Counted from the first letter of the stretch, positions 1 to 15,235 are shown. The stretch: DNA of 64,000 nt from Octopus vulgaris (GCA_951406725.2 OX597820.1:41602001-41666000), one strand, 5' to 3'. The notes: a model not told the origin generated them from the letters alone. Numbers and translations are program-made.

Positions 1-121
1 GTACTTGTCATTCTTAAAAAGAAAACTGTTAGTGTAAGAGAAAGAAACTTGAGTGCTATTTGCAGCAAGCCAAGCGGCTGATCTGATTGCTCCGTCGTTG
101 GCTCTAGATAAAGAGCTGCTG

Positions 122-122
122 C

Positions 123-170
<48 letters not shown>

Positions 171-273
171 GGTGGTGGTAGTAGTAATGGTAGTAATAGT
201 GGTAGTAGTAGTATTAGTAGTAGTAGTGGTGGTGGTGGTGGTGGTGGTGGTGGTGGTAGTGGTAGTGGTGGTG

Positions 274-305
<32 letters not shown>

Positions 306-347
306 GGTGGTGGTGGTGGTGTGGTGGTGGTGGTGGTAGTGGTGGTG

Positions 348-382
<35 letters not shown>

Positions 383-414
383 GGTGGTAGTGATGGTGGT
401 GGTGGTGGTAGTAA

Positions 415-446
<32 letters not shown>

Positions 447-520
447 ATGGTAGTAATGGTAGTAGTAGTGGTAGTAGTAGAAGTGATGGAGGTGGTGGTG
501 GTGGCGGCGGCGGTTACAGT
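122..520. repeat. (GTA)n/(GTG)n compound trinucleotide microsatellite
   Basis: Direct reading; explains the poly-Val ORF 321..548. Confidence 0.95.
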
Positions 521-1409
521 GGTGGAAATCGTTTATAATAACAGTTGATGTTGGTTTAGAGGTAATGATGTCGATAAGTGCCGTGGTAGTGTTCAGCGTG
601 TGATAATATATATTTCTGCGGCTGTGTGTGTTCATTTGCTGTGTTTGTGTGCTTGTGAGACTGTTTACGTAGAGACGAGTGGATGTGTTTGCATGTGTAT
701 TGCTTCGGTACCTGCGTTGAAAGCATTTCGTGAAATTTTGCTAGGTGTGTATGCGTGTCATTGGTGTGCATGCATGACGGAATGAGTGCGTGCATGTGTG
801 GATATATGTGTGTGCACCTCTGTGTGTGTGTTCTCACTTAAATGAAAATGTGTTTCAAGAGTGTGTGTATGCAGGCGTGTGTGTATGCGCGCGTGTGTGT
901 GTATGTGTGTATGTGGGTGTGTGTGTGTGTGTGTGCGCGCGCTTGTGTTTATAAACAGGTATCGAAGTGTGAATGTATGCATAGGTACAGTTGAGTGCAT
1001 AAGTTATCAGTGTGTGTACGTGTGTATGAAGAGTGTATAAATATCGTTCTCACGCTATAGTATATATATGTATTGCTAAGTATGTTAGCGTATGTATGTA
1101 TGTATATGAATATACAAATGTGTACGCGCATGTTGGTGTAAAGAGAGAAAGAACTGCATGCTGCTAATAAAACAACTTAATAGTCTGTTAAGAGATGTGT
1201 GAATAAGAAACGGCCATTACTACCGAACTCCTTCATTCTACAATATCATGGCTTCATGTGTACCCGGATGTAAAGCCAGTACCAGTTATTTCTGCTATTC
1301 ACATATACGCGTACGCAAACACACGCGCGCGCAAAGAATCAGTCGCCATAACTGTCCACACATTCAGTGTTACTATTCGGCCATGATAATCTCAATAAAA
1401 TCTATCCTT

Positions 1410-2300
1410 GTTACCACCAACGTCACCATCACCACCATGACTGCCATCGAAATTACTGCCACCACTACCAACACCACCATCACTACTACCAACACGAGCA
1501 CTGCCACTACCACTACCACCACTATCACCACAACTTTAACATCACCATCACCAACATCATCATAACCACAGGCACTACTACCACCACCACGTTATTATCA
1601 TCGTCAGTATCTTCACCACTACAACTATTACCAATGTAGCAATCATTTTCGCTATACCACCATCATCGCCTCCAACACCATCACCACCACCAAAACTAAA
1701 CACAACCTTCTCCACCACCACCACCACCACCACCACCACCACCACCACGAGTCTCAACACCATCACCACCACAATGCAATGATTTCACTGACACTACCGT
1801 TACAACGACTATAATAAGACTATCACCGCTGCACTGCCACCTCTTTCCAATCCAAACCATCCCACTACTTTCAACACCAATCCACTATTAGCACCATCTC
1901 TCCCACCGCTACAATTTATAACACTTCTATTTTCTTCCCACCGTTAACTCTACCAGTTTTCTCCAATGGTGCCGACGACAATGATGACTTGTTCTAAATA
2001 TCCCACATTACTGCCATCACGCACCATCCCTCCATTACAAACACTTTCACCGTCTTTAGTCCAAACAACAGGCATCTTAACCTGAATATCAGCAATGACC
2101 AGAACAAAAGCATCAACAACCAACGCTACCAACACAACCACTACATCTACGACTGCTACGACCACTACGACAAACAACACTAGTAATATTACTTCCACCT
2201 CCAAAACGTTTCTTACACAATCCAGTCCTAACTCAACAATACTCGCCACAACTAACATCAATACCATCATCATCATCATTACAACCAGCCACCAAACTAT
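1410..2300. repeat. Degenerate (ACC/ACT/CAT)n low-complexity tract
   Basis: CAC/TAC-rich triplets with a pure (ACC)n run at ~1712-1747; explains the poly-Thr/His/Val ORFs. Confidence 0.85.
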
Positions 2301-2493
2301 ACAGATAGTTCAGTGACAAGATCATGTTAATAACTACCTCTGATATTTTCGCAGCTATTATTACTATGGCCTCCATCACTGTGATATCCGAAAGCGGTAT
2401 TACTGTATCAGAATCATTACTAATACTATGGCTAGAACTGCTAGAGCGCTACTAATATCTTTATCACAATCACTGCAAAATTAAATACAATCC

Positions 2494-2496
<3 letters not shown>

Positions 2497-2550
<54 letters not shown>
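2497..2550. repeat. (TA)n microsatellite
   Basis: Perfect TA run. Confidence 0.97.
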
Positions 2551-2554
<4 letters not shown>

Positions 2555-5500
2555 TAGTTATTAAATGGATAATGACAAAAGCTATCATTCTCGAGACGCC
2601 TGCGAGTCCTCTAGTTACCACAAGCGAAACATTTGATTTATTTCGACTGTTATATAACAGAATGTTGTGAAGTTCATACCATTCCCAGTGTCTTTAGTGG
2701 CGTATATAAAATAGGACGGTTTCAGTCGAAAATCGAAACGTAACCGAAATTTAAGTTCATCGAAAATTAGATCAATTGTCCTATGTCTGCTCATATGATG
2801 TGGCGAGCATTGCAAATTAAATTCAGATAAGCTCTCATGGAATCCATTTTGTGCCATTGTTAATTTATTTATACAACAATACTATCTCATTTTCTCCTCT
2901 CTTCTTTTTTTTTATATATCATAATAGCATATTTAGAAAATTCAAAATAGGGATTAGTGAAAGGATATTTCATTTAAATCTTATATCAAAACTAACTCAA
3001 TATAATTGTAGATTTGGAAAATAGAATATTAAACAAATTCTTAGAAGCAGTACCGACCCATATCATAAGCAATTCTCTAATCTAGACACCGATTATACCT
3101 CCACAACTCGAGGTGATTGTGTTATTGCTTAGAATCAGCGCCGTAACAAAACATAAACGGTACACCAATTTGTGACGTTAAAAGGAATCACAATCTTTGT
3201 AATATAGTCATATTTAAACAGTCTCGTGAGAAAATTCCTCTCAGAGACAATATGTGTGAAAACACATCTTTGGGCTATGTATAATGTCATCGAATCTAAG
3301 GATGCATACGTGATTGCGTCGTTATGCTTAATCAGCTACGAAAAATGTATCTTCAATCACAGCCCTGTATGAACTGGACAGCAAATAATACATTTGCTGG
3401 CGTATGCAAAGCTTGATCGAGCAGGAATTAATTGATAAAAAGTGCACGAAGCATAGTTTGAATGAAATATACACCTGTACAATCAATATGTCACGTTCAA
3501 GCAGTATATGGAAAGATCTAACGTCGCGCAGAATTTTCTACCAGGAAGATAAGGCGCATAAATCTTTCGGTCTGATGATATCATTCCTAACTCGATGATG
3601 TGTTTTTATTCATAATCTCTCTGAAGAATATTTTTACAGCAGACTATTTCCACGATGAAAAATTCTTTCCAAATTCGAGTGTATATAAGATCATGATAAA
3701 TATGAGTGTGAGCGCAGTTTTCAGTCAACAATGTCTCGTATGCCTCTACTTAACTAGGATTTGTAATCTTGTTTTTTAGCTCTATAATTATTAGGTTGCT
3801 ATATAAAAGTTTACTGTGAAATCTATTGCAACAACTTGGGTTGTTTCATCTGTATGTTTATTATGACTAGAGAATAACTAATAAGACAGTTTTCTTTTGT
3901 ATGCGATTGTCTGTCAGAGACAAAAAAATATATATATTGCAAGCTTCCACTTTGGTATTTATAACGATCCACAATGGATGCACTGTATTTTGTAAATGGG
4001 TTTGTTCAAATACTTACATCACGGCCAGAGTTGTTCCAGTAAACAAAATATTCGCTAAGTCCCATCTGGGGAGTAAATTCTCTGACGAGGCTTAGTAAAC
4101 AAACATTCGTTTCGCTGAAACAACAAAGATGACCAGGTAGTACCAAAAAGGTCAAATTCTGAAACAATTTGTTCCGAAGCAAAATTACTTAACGAAATAG
4201 CCATAACAATATGCATACGGAAACAGAAACGTACATAGATACGTACACATATTCACAAACAAACACACGCGCGTGCACACACACACACACACACACACAC
4301 TCTCACACACATGTAGATAGACAGAAGCAGTTTTTTTTTACCAACCTGTAAACTATTTTGATTTTTCTTCCATATACACGTTCATGCTTGAACACACAGG
4401 CTACTTTGTATCTGATCTTTCACCTACGCTCTCATACACACACACACACACACTCTTTCTCTCTCTCTATCACACACACACATGCACACTCATACCTACA
4501 CACACACACACACAAACACACACGCGCACACTCATACATACACACACAAGCACAATACAGGCACAGACTCATACACAGACAAATACACAAGCGCATGAAT
4601 ACACATGCAAGCGCAAACTATTGTCAATTTTTTTTCGACTGTCCATTCTCCAACTCAAAACTGATTGCACTCCGTTTGACTCCCATGTTTTTTTTTTCTT
4701 ACTAGAGTGACTCTCACTTCAATATCCATATATGTGCAACCTTCTACTTGTAAACACCATCTTCAAATACTCAATCCTTCCCCTCATACACGCGAACACG
4801 TAGACTCACACAGATACACGCACACATTCTTTTCAGTATGTTCTGCCACTATTTTACCTTACATCATTCTTTTACAGTAGATAGATATATTTCTTTATTC
4901 CCCTTCTGACATCACTACCCTTCAAACTCTCCACCACCTCACTCACTATTCCACTCCATTTCTTCCGTACACATATAACTCCGCATTCCTTCTCTCTCAC
5001 CCCAACGCCTTCTCTCTCTCTCATTGTCTCTCTCTACCTTCATTCCTCTCTCTCTCTCTCTCTCTCTCTCTCATTGTCTCTCTCTACCTTCCTTCCTCAC
5101 TCTCTCTGATTTTCGTCAATTCTCCTACGTACCACACACACACTCTCTTTTATATCATGCCTCATTTGGTTTTCAATTTCTCCATCTTTCATTCTCGTCT
5201 AAATCACTGTACACATTTTCATTTTATCTTGTACATTGACATCGTCTTCTTCCATCCCAAAACACCACTACATACAATCTATCATTGTCTTTCTCTTTCT
5301 CTTTTCATTAATGCACTTTTCTCATATTTTCCTATTCTTCTATCTCTTTTTTTACCTTTTCTAATGAAATGGTTCGATTGTTACACACTCACCACCCTTT
5401 TTATATACATTGCAATACATTTGCATCACTGTCTATAACAATCTTTGGCACTATCTATCTGAATGTCTGTCTGTCAGTCTGTCTGCGTGTCTGTCTGTCA

Positions 5501-5658
5501 GTCTGTCAGTCTACCTACATAGCAGTATACATACATAGCTCTACCTACCAACCTAACAAAGTAGCAAGTTGGTCACTCATTTTTGATGTATTTGTTTAAG
5601 ATTTTCTTTATATTTTTAACAATAATCACATGCGTGTGTGTAATGCATATCCTTATTC

Positions 5659-5661
<3 letters not shown>

Positions 5662-5695
<34 letters not shown>

Positions 5696-5744
5696 TAGAT
5701 ACATAGATAGATAGATAGATAGATAGATAGAGAGATAGAGATAT

Positions 5745-5781
<37 letters not shown>

Positions 5782-5831
5782 GATAGAGAGATAGATAGAT
5801 AGATAGATAAATAGAGAGAGAGAGAGAGATC

Positions 5832-5884
<53 letters not shown>

Positions 5885-5910
5885 TTAGATAGACAGACAG
5901 ACAGACAGAC

Positions 5911-5992
<82 letters not shown>

Positions 5993-6095
5993 TTACATAG
6001 ATATAGATATCGATATATATATCCTGACAAAACAACGTAATAATTTGATTATAGTTTGCTGTTTTGAAATCAATTTCACAATCTATCTTTCTATC

Positions 6096-6140
<45 letters not shown>
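5662..6140. repeat. Compound (TA)n-(GATA)n-(GACA)n array followed by (CA)n
   Basis: Direct reading. Confidence 0.95.
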
Positions 6141-6331
6141 CAATCCCTTGTCAGTCTCTCTCTTTCTCTGCCTCTTTTGGTCTCGCACTGAATATTCGCC
6201 TCTCTCCTGATAAAACAATCCAGTTGTTCGTTTCCCATACCTTCTTTCCTACACCTTCTCGCAAAGTTATATGACATCCCTCTACCTCTTCACCAACTTC
6301 CAGATTCCTCTCTATATCTGGATATACTTGC

Positions 6332-6386
<55 letters not shown>

Positions 6387-6462
6387 TTATTATTGAGAAA
6401 CACTTCCTCATGTTCTATCTATCTATCTATCTATTTATCTATCTATCTAAATATTTGTCTCC

Positions 6463-6498
<36 letters not shown>

Positions 6499-7637
6499 TC
6501 ATGCAGACATGCGCACACATCACGTATAAATAATGATTACAAAAATAAAACACGTCAAGATTGCTAGACAAATAGATGGAACATATTATTAGGGTGTATA
6601 CACACACACACACACACACACATACATACACACATATATATTAACGCCATGTTCCATCTCTTTTTCTATCGGTTTCTTCATGTTTTATTTTTAAAATTAT
6701 TTTGTTCCGTAGGTTTCATTATTATTAGTATCATTATTATTATTGGTAGTAGTAATTGTTGTATTATAGTGGTAGTAGAAGTAGTATTAGTAGTAGTATC
6801 ATTATGATTTCGTGTGTGTGTGTGTATGTTTATACATATATAAATACATACATCGCACACACACACACACACAAACGCCCACCCACACACACACGCACAC
6901 ACACAAACATACACACCACACATATATGTTTTTGTTGTCTTTAATCTTTATCATGTGTCTGCCATTCCAGAACACGACTCAGTCCACGGTACGCTCGATT
7001 AGTTACAAACATCGACTATATTTTTTCTCCTTTCATGTTTATAATCGTTACACACTCAAGTCCTTCCACACACTCACACTTACCCTCACCATCGACGGCG
7101 GCCATTTTACTTCCTTCCTTTCTCATAGTACGTTTACATCCAATTGTTTTTGCCCAGTATTCTTTTTGCAGACTGATACTCTTCTCTACTTAATAATTTC
7201 ACACATATAGACATTCACACACACACATGTACGTACACACACACAACCATACACGCTCACGCACACACACATACAAATATAAACACGGATACACCTATTA
7301 AAGCAAAATTTACCAAGATTTACACATTCATCTTCTGAAACATTCGTAAACACTTCTTATGCACAGTTATTCACACACACACACATATATATATATATAT
7401 ACATTTATTTTTGACTACTTAAATATCCACTTGCTTCCATATATACACATATCGCCATTATACGAAACACGTACATTTAAGCATACATAAATATTTGTAC
7501 ATACATATGTGCATATATGCTCACATTCACAGATTTCGGTTTACAATCGTATAAGTAGAAAAACGTAATACATATTTTCATGCATGCACAACGTGCACAT
7601 ACATGCATACACATATATACACGTATGTATATGTACG

Positions 7638-7679
<42 letters not shown>

Positions 7680-8947
7680 CATGTATATATATATGTATAT
7701 ATATACATATATATATATATAAATATATATATATATTTATATATATACATATATATATAAATATATATATACACATATATATAATAGAAGTGATAATGAT
7801 ATATATATATATATATATATATATATCATTACCACTTCTACTGAAAATCACATACAAACACAAGCAATCAATTTTATACGACACTTGCCACATATTAGCA
7901 CACTTGATTCGTGCACAGATTCGTGCGTACGTGCACACACAGAAGTATCGAGTGTGAGAGAGAAAGAGAGAATGAGTGAAAGAGAGACACAGACAGAGAG
8001 AAAGCGAGAGAGAAAGAGTGTGATGGAGAGAAACGCATGCATAGATATTTCAAAAGTCTAGTTTTGCATACGAACGTATACAAAACTGACACAAATATAC
8101 ACTTTCATTCGCATCAGACTAGTTCAAACACATGCAAGCACAATCATACATGTATGGTCATATGTATGTTGTACGTATGTATTCCCAAACACAAACTCTT
8201 AACGCTTATTCACATATATCCTTCCTTCTCACTTACACACACACATTGATTGAGTTTTTCAATTACGTTCCTCTCTCCACATAGTCATCCGTAGAAGTAA
8301 TTACGCATATGCATACGTATATAATTACAAACACACAGACACACACAAAGACACACACACGCACATACACATTCTAACACAAAGCCACTTTCTCACAACA
8401 ATACATACATCCATTAAATTTCGAGGATATTTTCTTTAGAGAATCACAAGGCTAAAACTCATGTGTAACCATGTACAACATATATTGTGAAATACAAGAC
8501 CATTTGTTCTCACACGTATCCCAGGTTGCGAGTACGCATTAATATACACGCATACACACACATGCATACACTCACACGCACATATATATGGTAAATAAAT
8601 ATTAAACAAAATAAAAATTTATAGAAATATATACGTAGACATTTATGAAGAGACACGATAGCCTATACAACGGTCTACTTTTGCACATATAAACGTGTAC
8701 CCCTTCTCTTTGCGACGTATACACGCACACATACATACATGTATACAGGAACAGACACGAGCAAGCACACACACACATAGGCACGAACGTTGTCCTTACA
8801 TACACATACACAAATACATACTTGCTCACAAAAAATACATTTGCAAGTAACTATACATATCGGCCTAGAAAATCACTGAGCAGCAAAACCATTCAAGTGT
8901 ATGTATATATGCATCGGTATCACTGCCGGTTTCTCTATGTCTTTTCT

Positions 8948-9240
8948 TATGTATGTATGTATGTATGTGTGTATATGTATGTATGTGTATGTATGTGTTT
9001 GTGTGTGTATGTATGTGTATGTGTGTGTATGTATGTGTAGTGTGTGTATGTATGTGTATGCATATGTGTGTGTATGTGTGTGTGCATGTGTGTATGTGTG
9101 TGTGCATGTGTGCATGTGTGTATGTATGTATGTATGTATGTGTGTATGTGTGTGTGTATGTGTGTATGTGTGTATGTATGCATGTATGTGTGTGTGTATG
9201 TATGTATGTATGTATGTATGTATGTATGTATGTATGTATA
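8948..9240. repeat. (TG)n/(TATG)n compound microsatellite
   Basis: Direct reading. Confidence 0.95.
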
Positions 9241-9512
9241 TCTCTTCTATTTTTAATTATTATAAATCTTCCACCGAAGAGGAAGTCAATTTCCAACAAA
9301 GATACAAGGCTCCATCTTTGGGATGCAGTTAACACAGACAAATTCACATTTGGAACTTGAGAAAATGCTTGCATATTTTTACTGTTCCACTCACAGACTG
9401 GACTTGTAATGTACGCATCAACCGGCCAGTTTCCCTTTCTAAAAATCCTAGTTTATCCAGAGTCTCCTTTAAGCATTTACTAACAGAAAAACCTAGTACT
9501 CCAATTATTATT
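9241..9512 (-). mobile_element. 3' end of an R4/Dong-like (RLE-type) non-LTR retrotransposon, 5'-truncated
   Basis: Minus strand reads IIIGVLGFSVSKCLKETLDKLGFLERETGRLMRTLQVQSVSGTVKICKHFLKFQM*. This resembles the C-terminal 'PIIIGALG...L..LGF...LQ....GT.KI' tail of R4/Dong ORFs. A short 3' UTR ending in A-rich sequence follows. Confidence 0.7.
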
Positions 9513-10318
9513 GTATGTATGCATGTATTAATGCATAAATGTATACATATATTAACGTATAAGTGTATGTATGTAAGAATGTACACGTGTGTGCATGTGT
9601 TCTCTGTGTTATTGCATGTGTGCGCATATACTTATTAAGGTAGATGCAGCCTACAATAAACATACACTAAAGACAGTCACGTTGCACAAAATATATTCAT
9701 TAAAGATATCACACGACTTGCCAATACTAAGAAATAAACACAACACACACACACGTACAAACATAGAAATTCACACACATATATGTATATCATAGCGTAA
9801 AGGCATAGGGACTTTGGATATTATGAGACTCATTTTTCATATATTTTCATGTGTTCAGACTGCTCAGTGTTGTCTGTTTTGGTATTGTAACTATTCAATT
9901 TAGCTTCCGTTTTAAGTGTTTCAGTTTGGTTTCCCCGCCCCTGTTTAGTTTTATTCCATGATGCTGGTGCACGTGTGTGTATCTGTTCATATACTCAACA
10001 AGTCCAGGAGCTATAGAGAATTAGGGCAACTAATTTGCATACCATAAGTGTTTAACACTTCATTCAATATCAGGGGCCAGTCGACGAGGATGTTATTCCA
10101 AAAACTATCAAGGTAGGATATAATGTATGTAACCTATGCAGTAGCTATATATAAATAAGGCAAAGATACACTAACAAAGTTTTCTTTGAGGTTTTAAAGA
10201 AAAAAAAACAATGAAGATACTAAATCTTGGTTGGATAGTGTTGAAGTTCAAGATCTAAAGCCAATCTATGCCATACATCCGGATGTACAACCATCTGAGG
10301 TTGGTTGTATGTGTGGCA

Positions 10319-10565
10319 AAATAGCGTTTAAAATTTATGACAGCTGTTTCGGTAGAATTTATCAGCGTATTCATATTTCTACATCATAACATGCAAACTA
10401 TTCATGTAAGATTTAAACAGGTAAGATATTAAACAAGTGAGTTTTTGAACGTCTTACCAGTTTAAAATTTTACTTGAATGTGGTAACTTATATGCTATGA
10501 CGTAATCTATAAATAAATCAATAAAATTCTACCGAAACAGGTGTCATGAATTTTAAAGGCCATTT
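10319..10565. mobile_element. Inverted pair of partial hammerhead-like motifs (probable PLE pseudo-LTR remnant)
   Basis: ~45-bp imperfect inverted repeat (10319-10363 vs 10521-10565) containing AATTCTACC-GAAAC-AG(C/G)T-GTCA, the GAAAC-palindrome-GUC half of a minimal HHR. Confidence 0.5.
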
Positions 10566-10582
10566 CTGTTTCTCTCTCCCTC

Positions 10583-10639
<57 letters not shown>

Positions 10640-11189
10640 CGTGTATATGTGTGAGTTTAAATTTCATACGAACTGATGGTATTATTTCAAACAATATTTT
10701 GCAGTAATGCTTTGTGCATGCATATATTAAAAAGGTGGTAGGGACAAACGTTGCATTGACACCTCTCGATTACCATGTCATCTGCATATTCTGTTAATAA
10801 AAGCACAACTTCGTTTGTAACGTACGAGTCTTCGTTGCAATTAAAGGAACAAATGTAGGGCAAACTAACAGAGGTTATTGCCAAAAATGTGGCACTTGGC
10901 AATCCAAGTAACCAGTTCTCGGTGACAGAAATATTAATAATATATGTGTTATTTCAGTTATTCTGCAAATCTTAAGTTTGTTATTTCTGTTATTTACTGT
11001 CCTGTTATTCGTATATTCTTTTCTATCCCACTTTTACGTTGTATTTTTGTTCGTATTTTTGTAATTAAAGTTTCACGACGCCATCACTCAAAATGTCTCA
11101 AAAATCGATCGTCATGTACATAGACATATTCACGTTACACACACACATACACACACACACAAACGCACACACACACTCACTAACAGACA

Positions 11190-11400
11190 CACATGCATAC
11201 ATACATACACAGGCACACACGCATACGTACACCTACATAGATATACACACACACACATGCATACATACATACATACATACACAGGCACACACGCATACGT
11301 ACACCTACATAGATATACACACACACACACACATGCATACATACATACACAGGCACACACGCATACGTACTCCTACATAGATATATATACACACACACAC
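11190..11400. repeat. ~65-75-bp higher-order minisatellite, 3 copies
   Basis: Unit CATGCATACATACATACACAGGCACACACGCATACGTAC(A/T)CCTACATAGATATA(CA)n repeated three times. Confidence 0.85.
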
Positions 11401-12614
11401 ACATATATATATATATACACACTTGCATAGATACAAACGGACATACATATATGAGTGAACGTGTATGTGTGTGTGTGTGTATGTTATTCACACACATACA
11501 TATACACATATGTGTATATATACAAAGGTATGTGTACACATATATATTTATGAATGTGTGTGCATGTGTGTGTAATTCCGACTCTCACCATCGAAGTTAT
11601 ATTTTACTGCTTTTAGCATTTGCTCCGCCTTTAGATTTCCATTTCTTACACATATAATTAAGCTGGAAGAAATAACATATCGATTTATGTCTTTACTCAA
11701 GGTCAGTTTCGTTAGAAGGAAGAATTATTATAGTTATAACGATGACTCATTCCCTCATTATAATACTGGTATTAAATTGGTGATTATTATGATGAATTTT
11801 ATTTACCATTGTTTTAGTTTGATCTCAGAACCTTTTAGATATATGACAAACAGGCACTGTCCAAAATACATAATGCAATGTGTACAGATAGTACTTCAGT
11901 CACCTAGATGAGCGCTCCCTTTTGAAACTTTTCTCTCACTAACTCCTATTTTCTGCCCCACTATTTTTAATTCCCTAACTGCAACCTCACTGCTGTTCCT
12001 TCACTACATTTATATTTCAATATTTTATCACGTAAGTTTTTCTTGACTTTTTTAAAAGAAAACATTCCTAGTATTCTTTAAGTTTCTGCCGCTTTCTTTA
12101 CATTTTGCGATTTCATTGATAAATTCGTTCTTTCCGCCAGCCCACCGCTAACTTCTATCTTAGTCATACATTCAAGCATTTTTCTCAGCTTGTCCGACGT
12201 AGATTTTTTTCTCTCATTTTGTACTCTTTTCATTCGAATCTCTATCTTTATCAAGTCAGCCATATTCCTTTCCTCTTTTCCATGCTTCCCCCACCCCGAT
12301 ATATCTCTCACTCACTCACTCTCTTTTACTTTTTCTCTTCCTTCCCAACAAATATCCTCTAAATTTTTGTTTCCAAAATCTCCTCTTTTTATCACTCAAT
12401 TCTTTTCCAGTTTTTGTTTCAGTCGCCTCTAATCTCACCCAGTTAATCTCCGACATCTGTTTCCCGCCGGTATCAAACCTTATCGTCTGTCACTTCCATA
12501 TTTCTTGTCTCCGCTTACCAGACATAATTAATAAACGCTCTCTCGCTCAGCCCTTTATCTATCATCGATATTGCATTCTCAGCTCTCACTTAATTCACCG
12601 AATTTGGATTCTTT

Positions 12615-12615
<1 letters not shown>

Positions 12616-12694
<79 letters not shown>

Positions 12695-12698
12695 AAGA
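12616..12698. repeat. (TAA)n(GAA)n microsatellite
   Basis: Direct reading. Confidence 0.95.
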
Positions 12699-13298
12699 AA
12701 CAACAATAATTGAATATTTTTCCTTCCAATTTATTTTTTCTGATTATCTTTATATATCAAATTCTCATTCATTGAATACTGTCTCGTTTTCTCCCACTTT
12801 CTCCTTAGTCTTTCATTCCGTTTTCTCTATTTCTTCTACCTTCCTCTCCGTCTTCTGCAGTTGTTTCTCTTACGTCGGGACGGTTCCACTTTCTCTTCCT
12901 GTCTCCCATCCGGCCTCCTTCTCATTCTCCCTCCTTCCCAACCTATGTCATTCTTTCTCTCTTTACCATTCTTCCTTTCCGTCATTCTTTGCTCTCTTTG
13001 ATATCACTTTCTTCTCCATCATTTGCTTTATTCTTCATTCAATTTCTTTGTTCGGCCGGGCCATCCCTCTGCCCTAGATAGCATATATCTGTAAGAGTAT
13101 GTTTCGCGTTATGTAGTGATACATGTGTGCGCGCGGTGTAATGTATGTATGACTGTATGAGAATACGTGGTTGTGTATTACCTGCATATATTTGTGCGCC
13201 TGTTTATGTATGCATGTATGAATGTATATATGAATCTATGTATCTGTGCGTATTGAGATGTGAGTGTGAGTGAGTGTGCGCAGGCATGTATGTAAGAG

Positions 13299-13329
<31 letters not shown>

Positions 13330-13360
13330 ATATGTATACAGACATACATACCTACATGCA

Positions 13361-13400
<40 letters not shown>

Positions 13401-13527
13401 CATATATATATATACACATATATATATATACATATACATATATATACATAAATATATATACATATCTATACATATACATACCTACATACATAACGTATAT
13501 GCATATGTGTACATATATATAGTGTGT

Positions 13528-13563
<36 letters not shown>

Positions 13564-14206
13564 AAAAGGTTCTACAAAGTCGGAACGTTTGTATTGACGG
13601 ATATGCTTAGTGGCAGCAAAAATATGTAGTAAAAATGGGAAAAAAAAAACTAAAATGAAGTATAAAAGAATATAATTAATAAAAATAAATACATAAAAAT
13701 GCTATAAAATCTAAAAATAAAGAAAATAAACGCATACATTTACTCGTATATGCATATAAAACATGAAGACGGTTGGAAATGTCTTATTAAAGAGTGCCAA
13801 CATTAATATCCACTCCCTTTCCTTCACCATGCCCAGTCTTAATCTCTTTTCGCCTTCTTTCTTTCTTTCTTTTTTGCTATGATTTCTATTTTTTTTTTTT
13901 TTCATTTTTCTGTTATTTGCATTTTCCTAGTGATTTCGAGTTGTTTCACGTCGAAGTCTTCGTTCCGCTTAGGTTTTTTCCAAATGTTAGTACCCACCAC
14001 TTATAAAGATTCTCAAAGACAACATCACAAGAGCTGAACATATTAAATAACATTCTTCAACTTCAACTACACGCCGACCCATTCCTTCATTCACCGATGC
14101 ATGCAGCCAGGCAGGCAGCCCGCCAGTCAAACTTCCAGCCAGCGAGCCAAATCAGCCACCCAACCCGTCAGTCAATGACACTCGAGTTGGGAGTTTGGTT
14201 GACTGG

Positions 14207-14261
<55 letters not shown>

Positions 14262-14287
14262 TACACATATATACATATATGTATATA

Positions 14288-14321
<34 letters not shown>

Positions 14322-14505
14322 TATATATATACGTACACAAAAATAATTAGGTGCAATTATACATGTATAGTTAATTGTCCTCAGACAATAAAGGCACATG
14401 AATATAAACACAAATATAATATAATACATATATACATCTTATATATTTCTACGCAGATACAGACACGCACATTCATAATATATGATGTGTGAACGTGTGT
14501 GGTAA

Positions 14506-14546
<41 letters not shown>

Positions 14547-14826
14547 CATATATGCATATATAAGTGCGTATATATGTGTGTGAGTGTGCCTAATGTTTTA
14601 TGTGGATGTAAATAGACATTCATATTTATATATGGAAGTATGCTTATGTGTGTGTGTGTGTACGCATATCACACGCGCATCCGCATACATATCGAACATA
14701 TGTCCACCATCTATCGATTTATTCACCATATCAGTATTAGGAGCCAGTCATCCGTATATGAAACTATGCATTCATTCATATATCCATACATCCTTATGTA
14801 TGGATATATATACTATGTATGGATAT

Positions 14827-14866
<40 letters not shown>

Positions 14867-15184
14867 TAGATATGTTTCTATATATATATTTATATATGTA
14901 TGTATATGTGTGTGTGTCTATATATGTGTGTGTGTATGTGGTGCTTATGTGTGCGTTTGCGTTTAGTTATGAGCATCCAAAGATGCAGACTTCCAAACAT
15001 TATTATACCTACTCGTATATACCCTATCCCTCTCCTGGGTTTATATCAATTCTTGAGTAATGCAGAAGCACAGGCATACATATGCACACACATTCGTGTG
15101 TAATGTATCCATGAATCACGAGCCGTCATATATATATATATCCATACATGCACACACAAACATCCATCCATAAAGCTGTATGTA

Positions 15185-15235
<51 letters not shown>

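Noticed and set aside
4082-4125. CTGACGA...GAAAC hammerhead-like core
   Set aside because: Weak stem II and no stem III, NUH triplet or stem I partner.
10687-10902. ORF containing YADD, the RT catalytic motif
   Set aside because: No upstream QG..LSP or downstream motifs; most likely chance.
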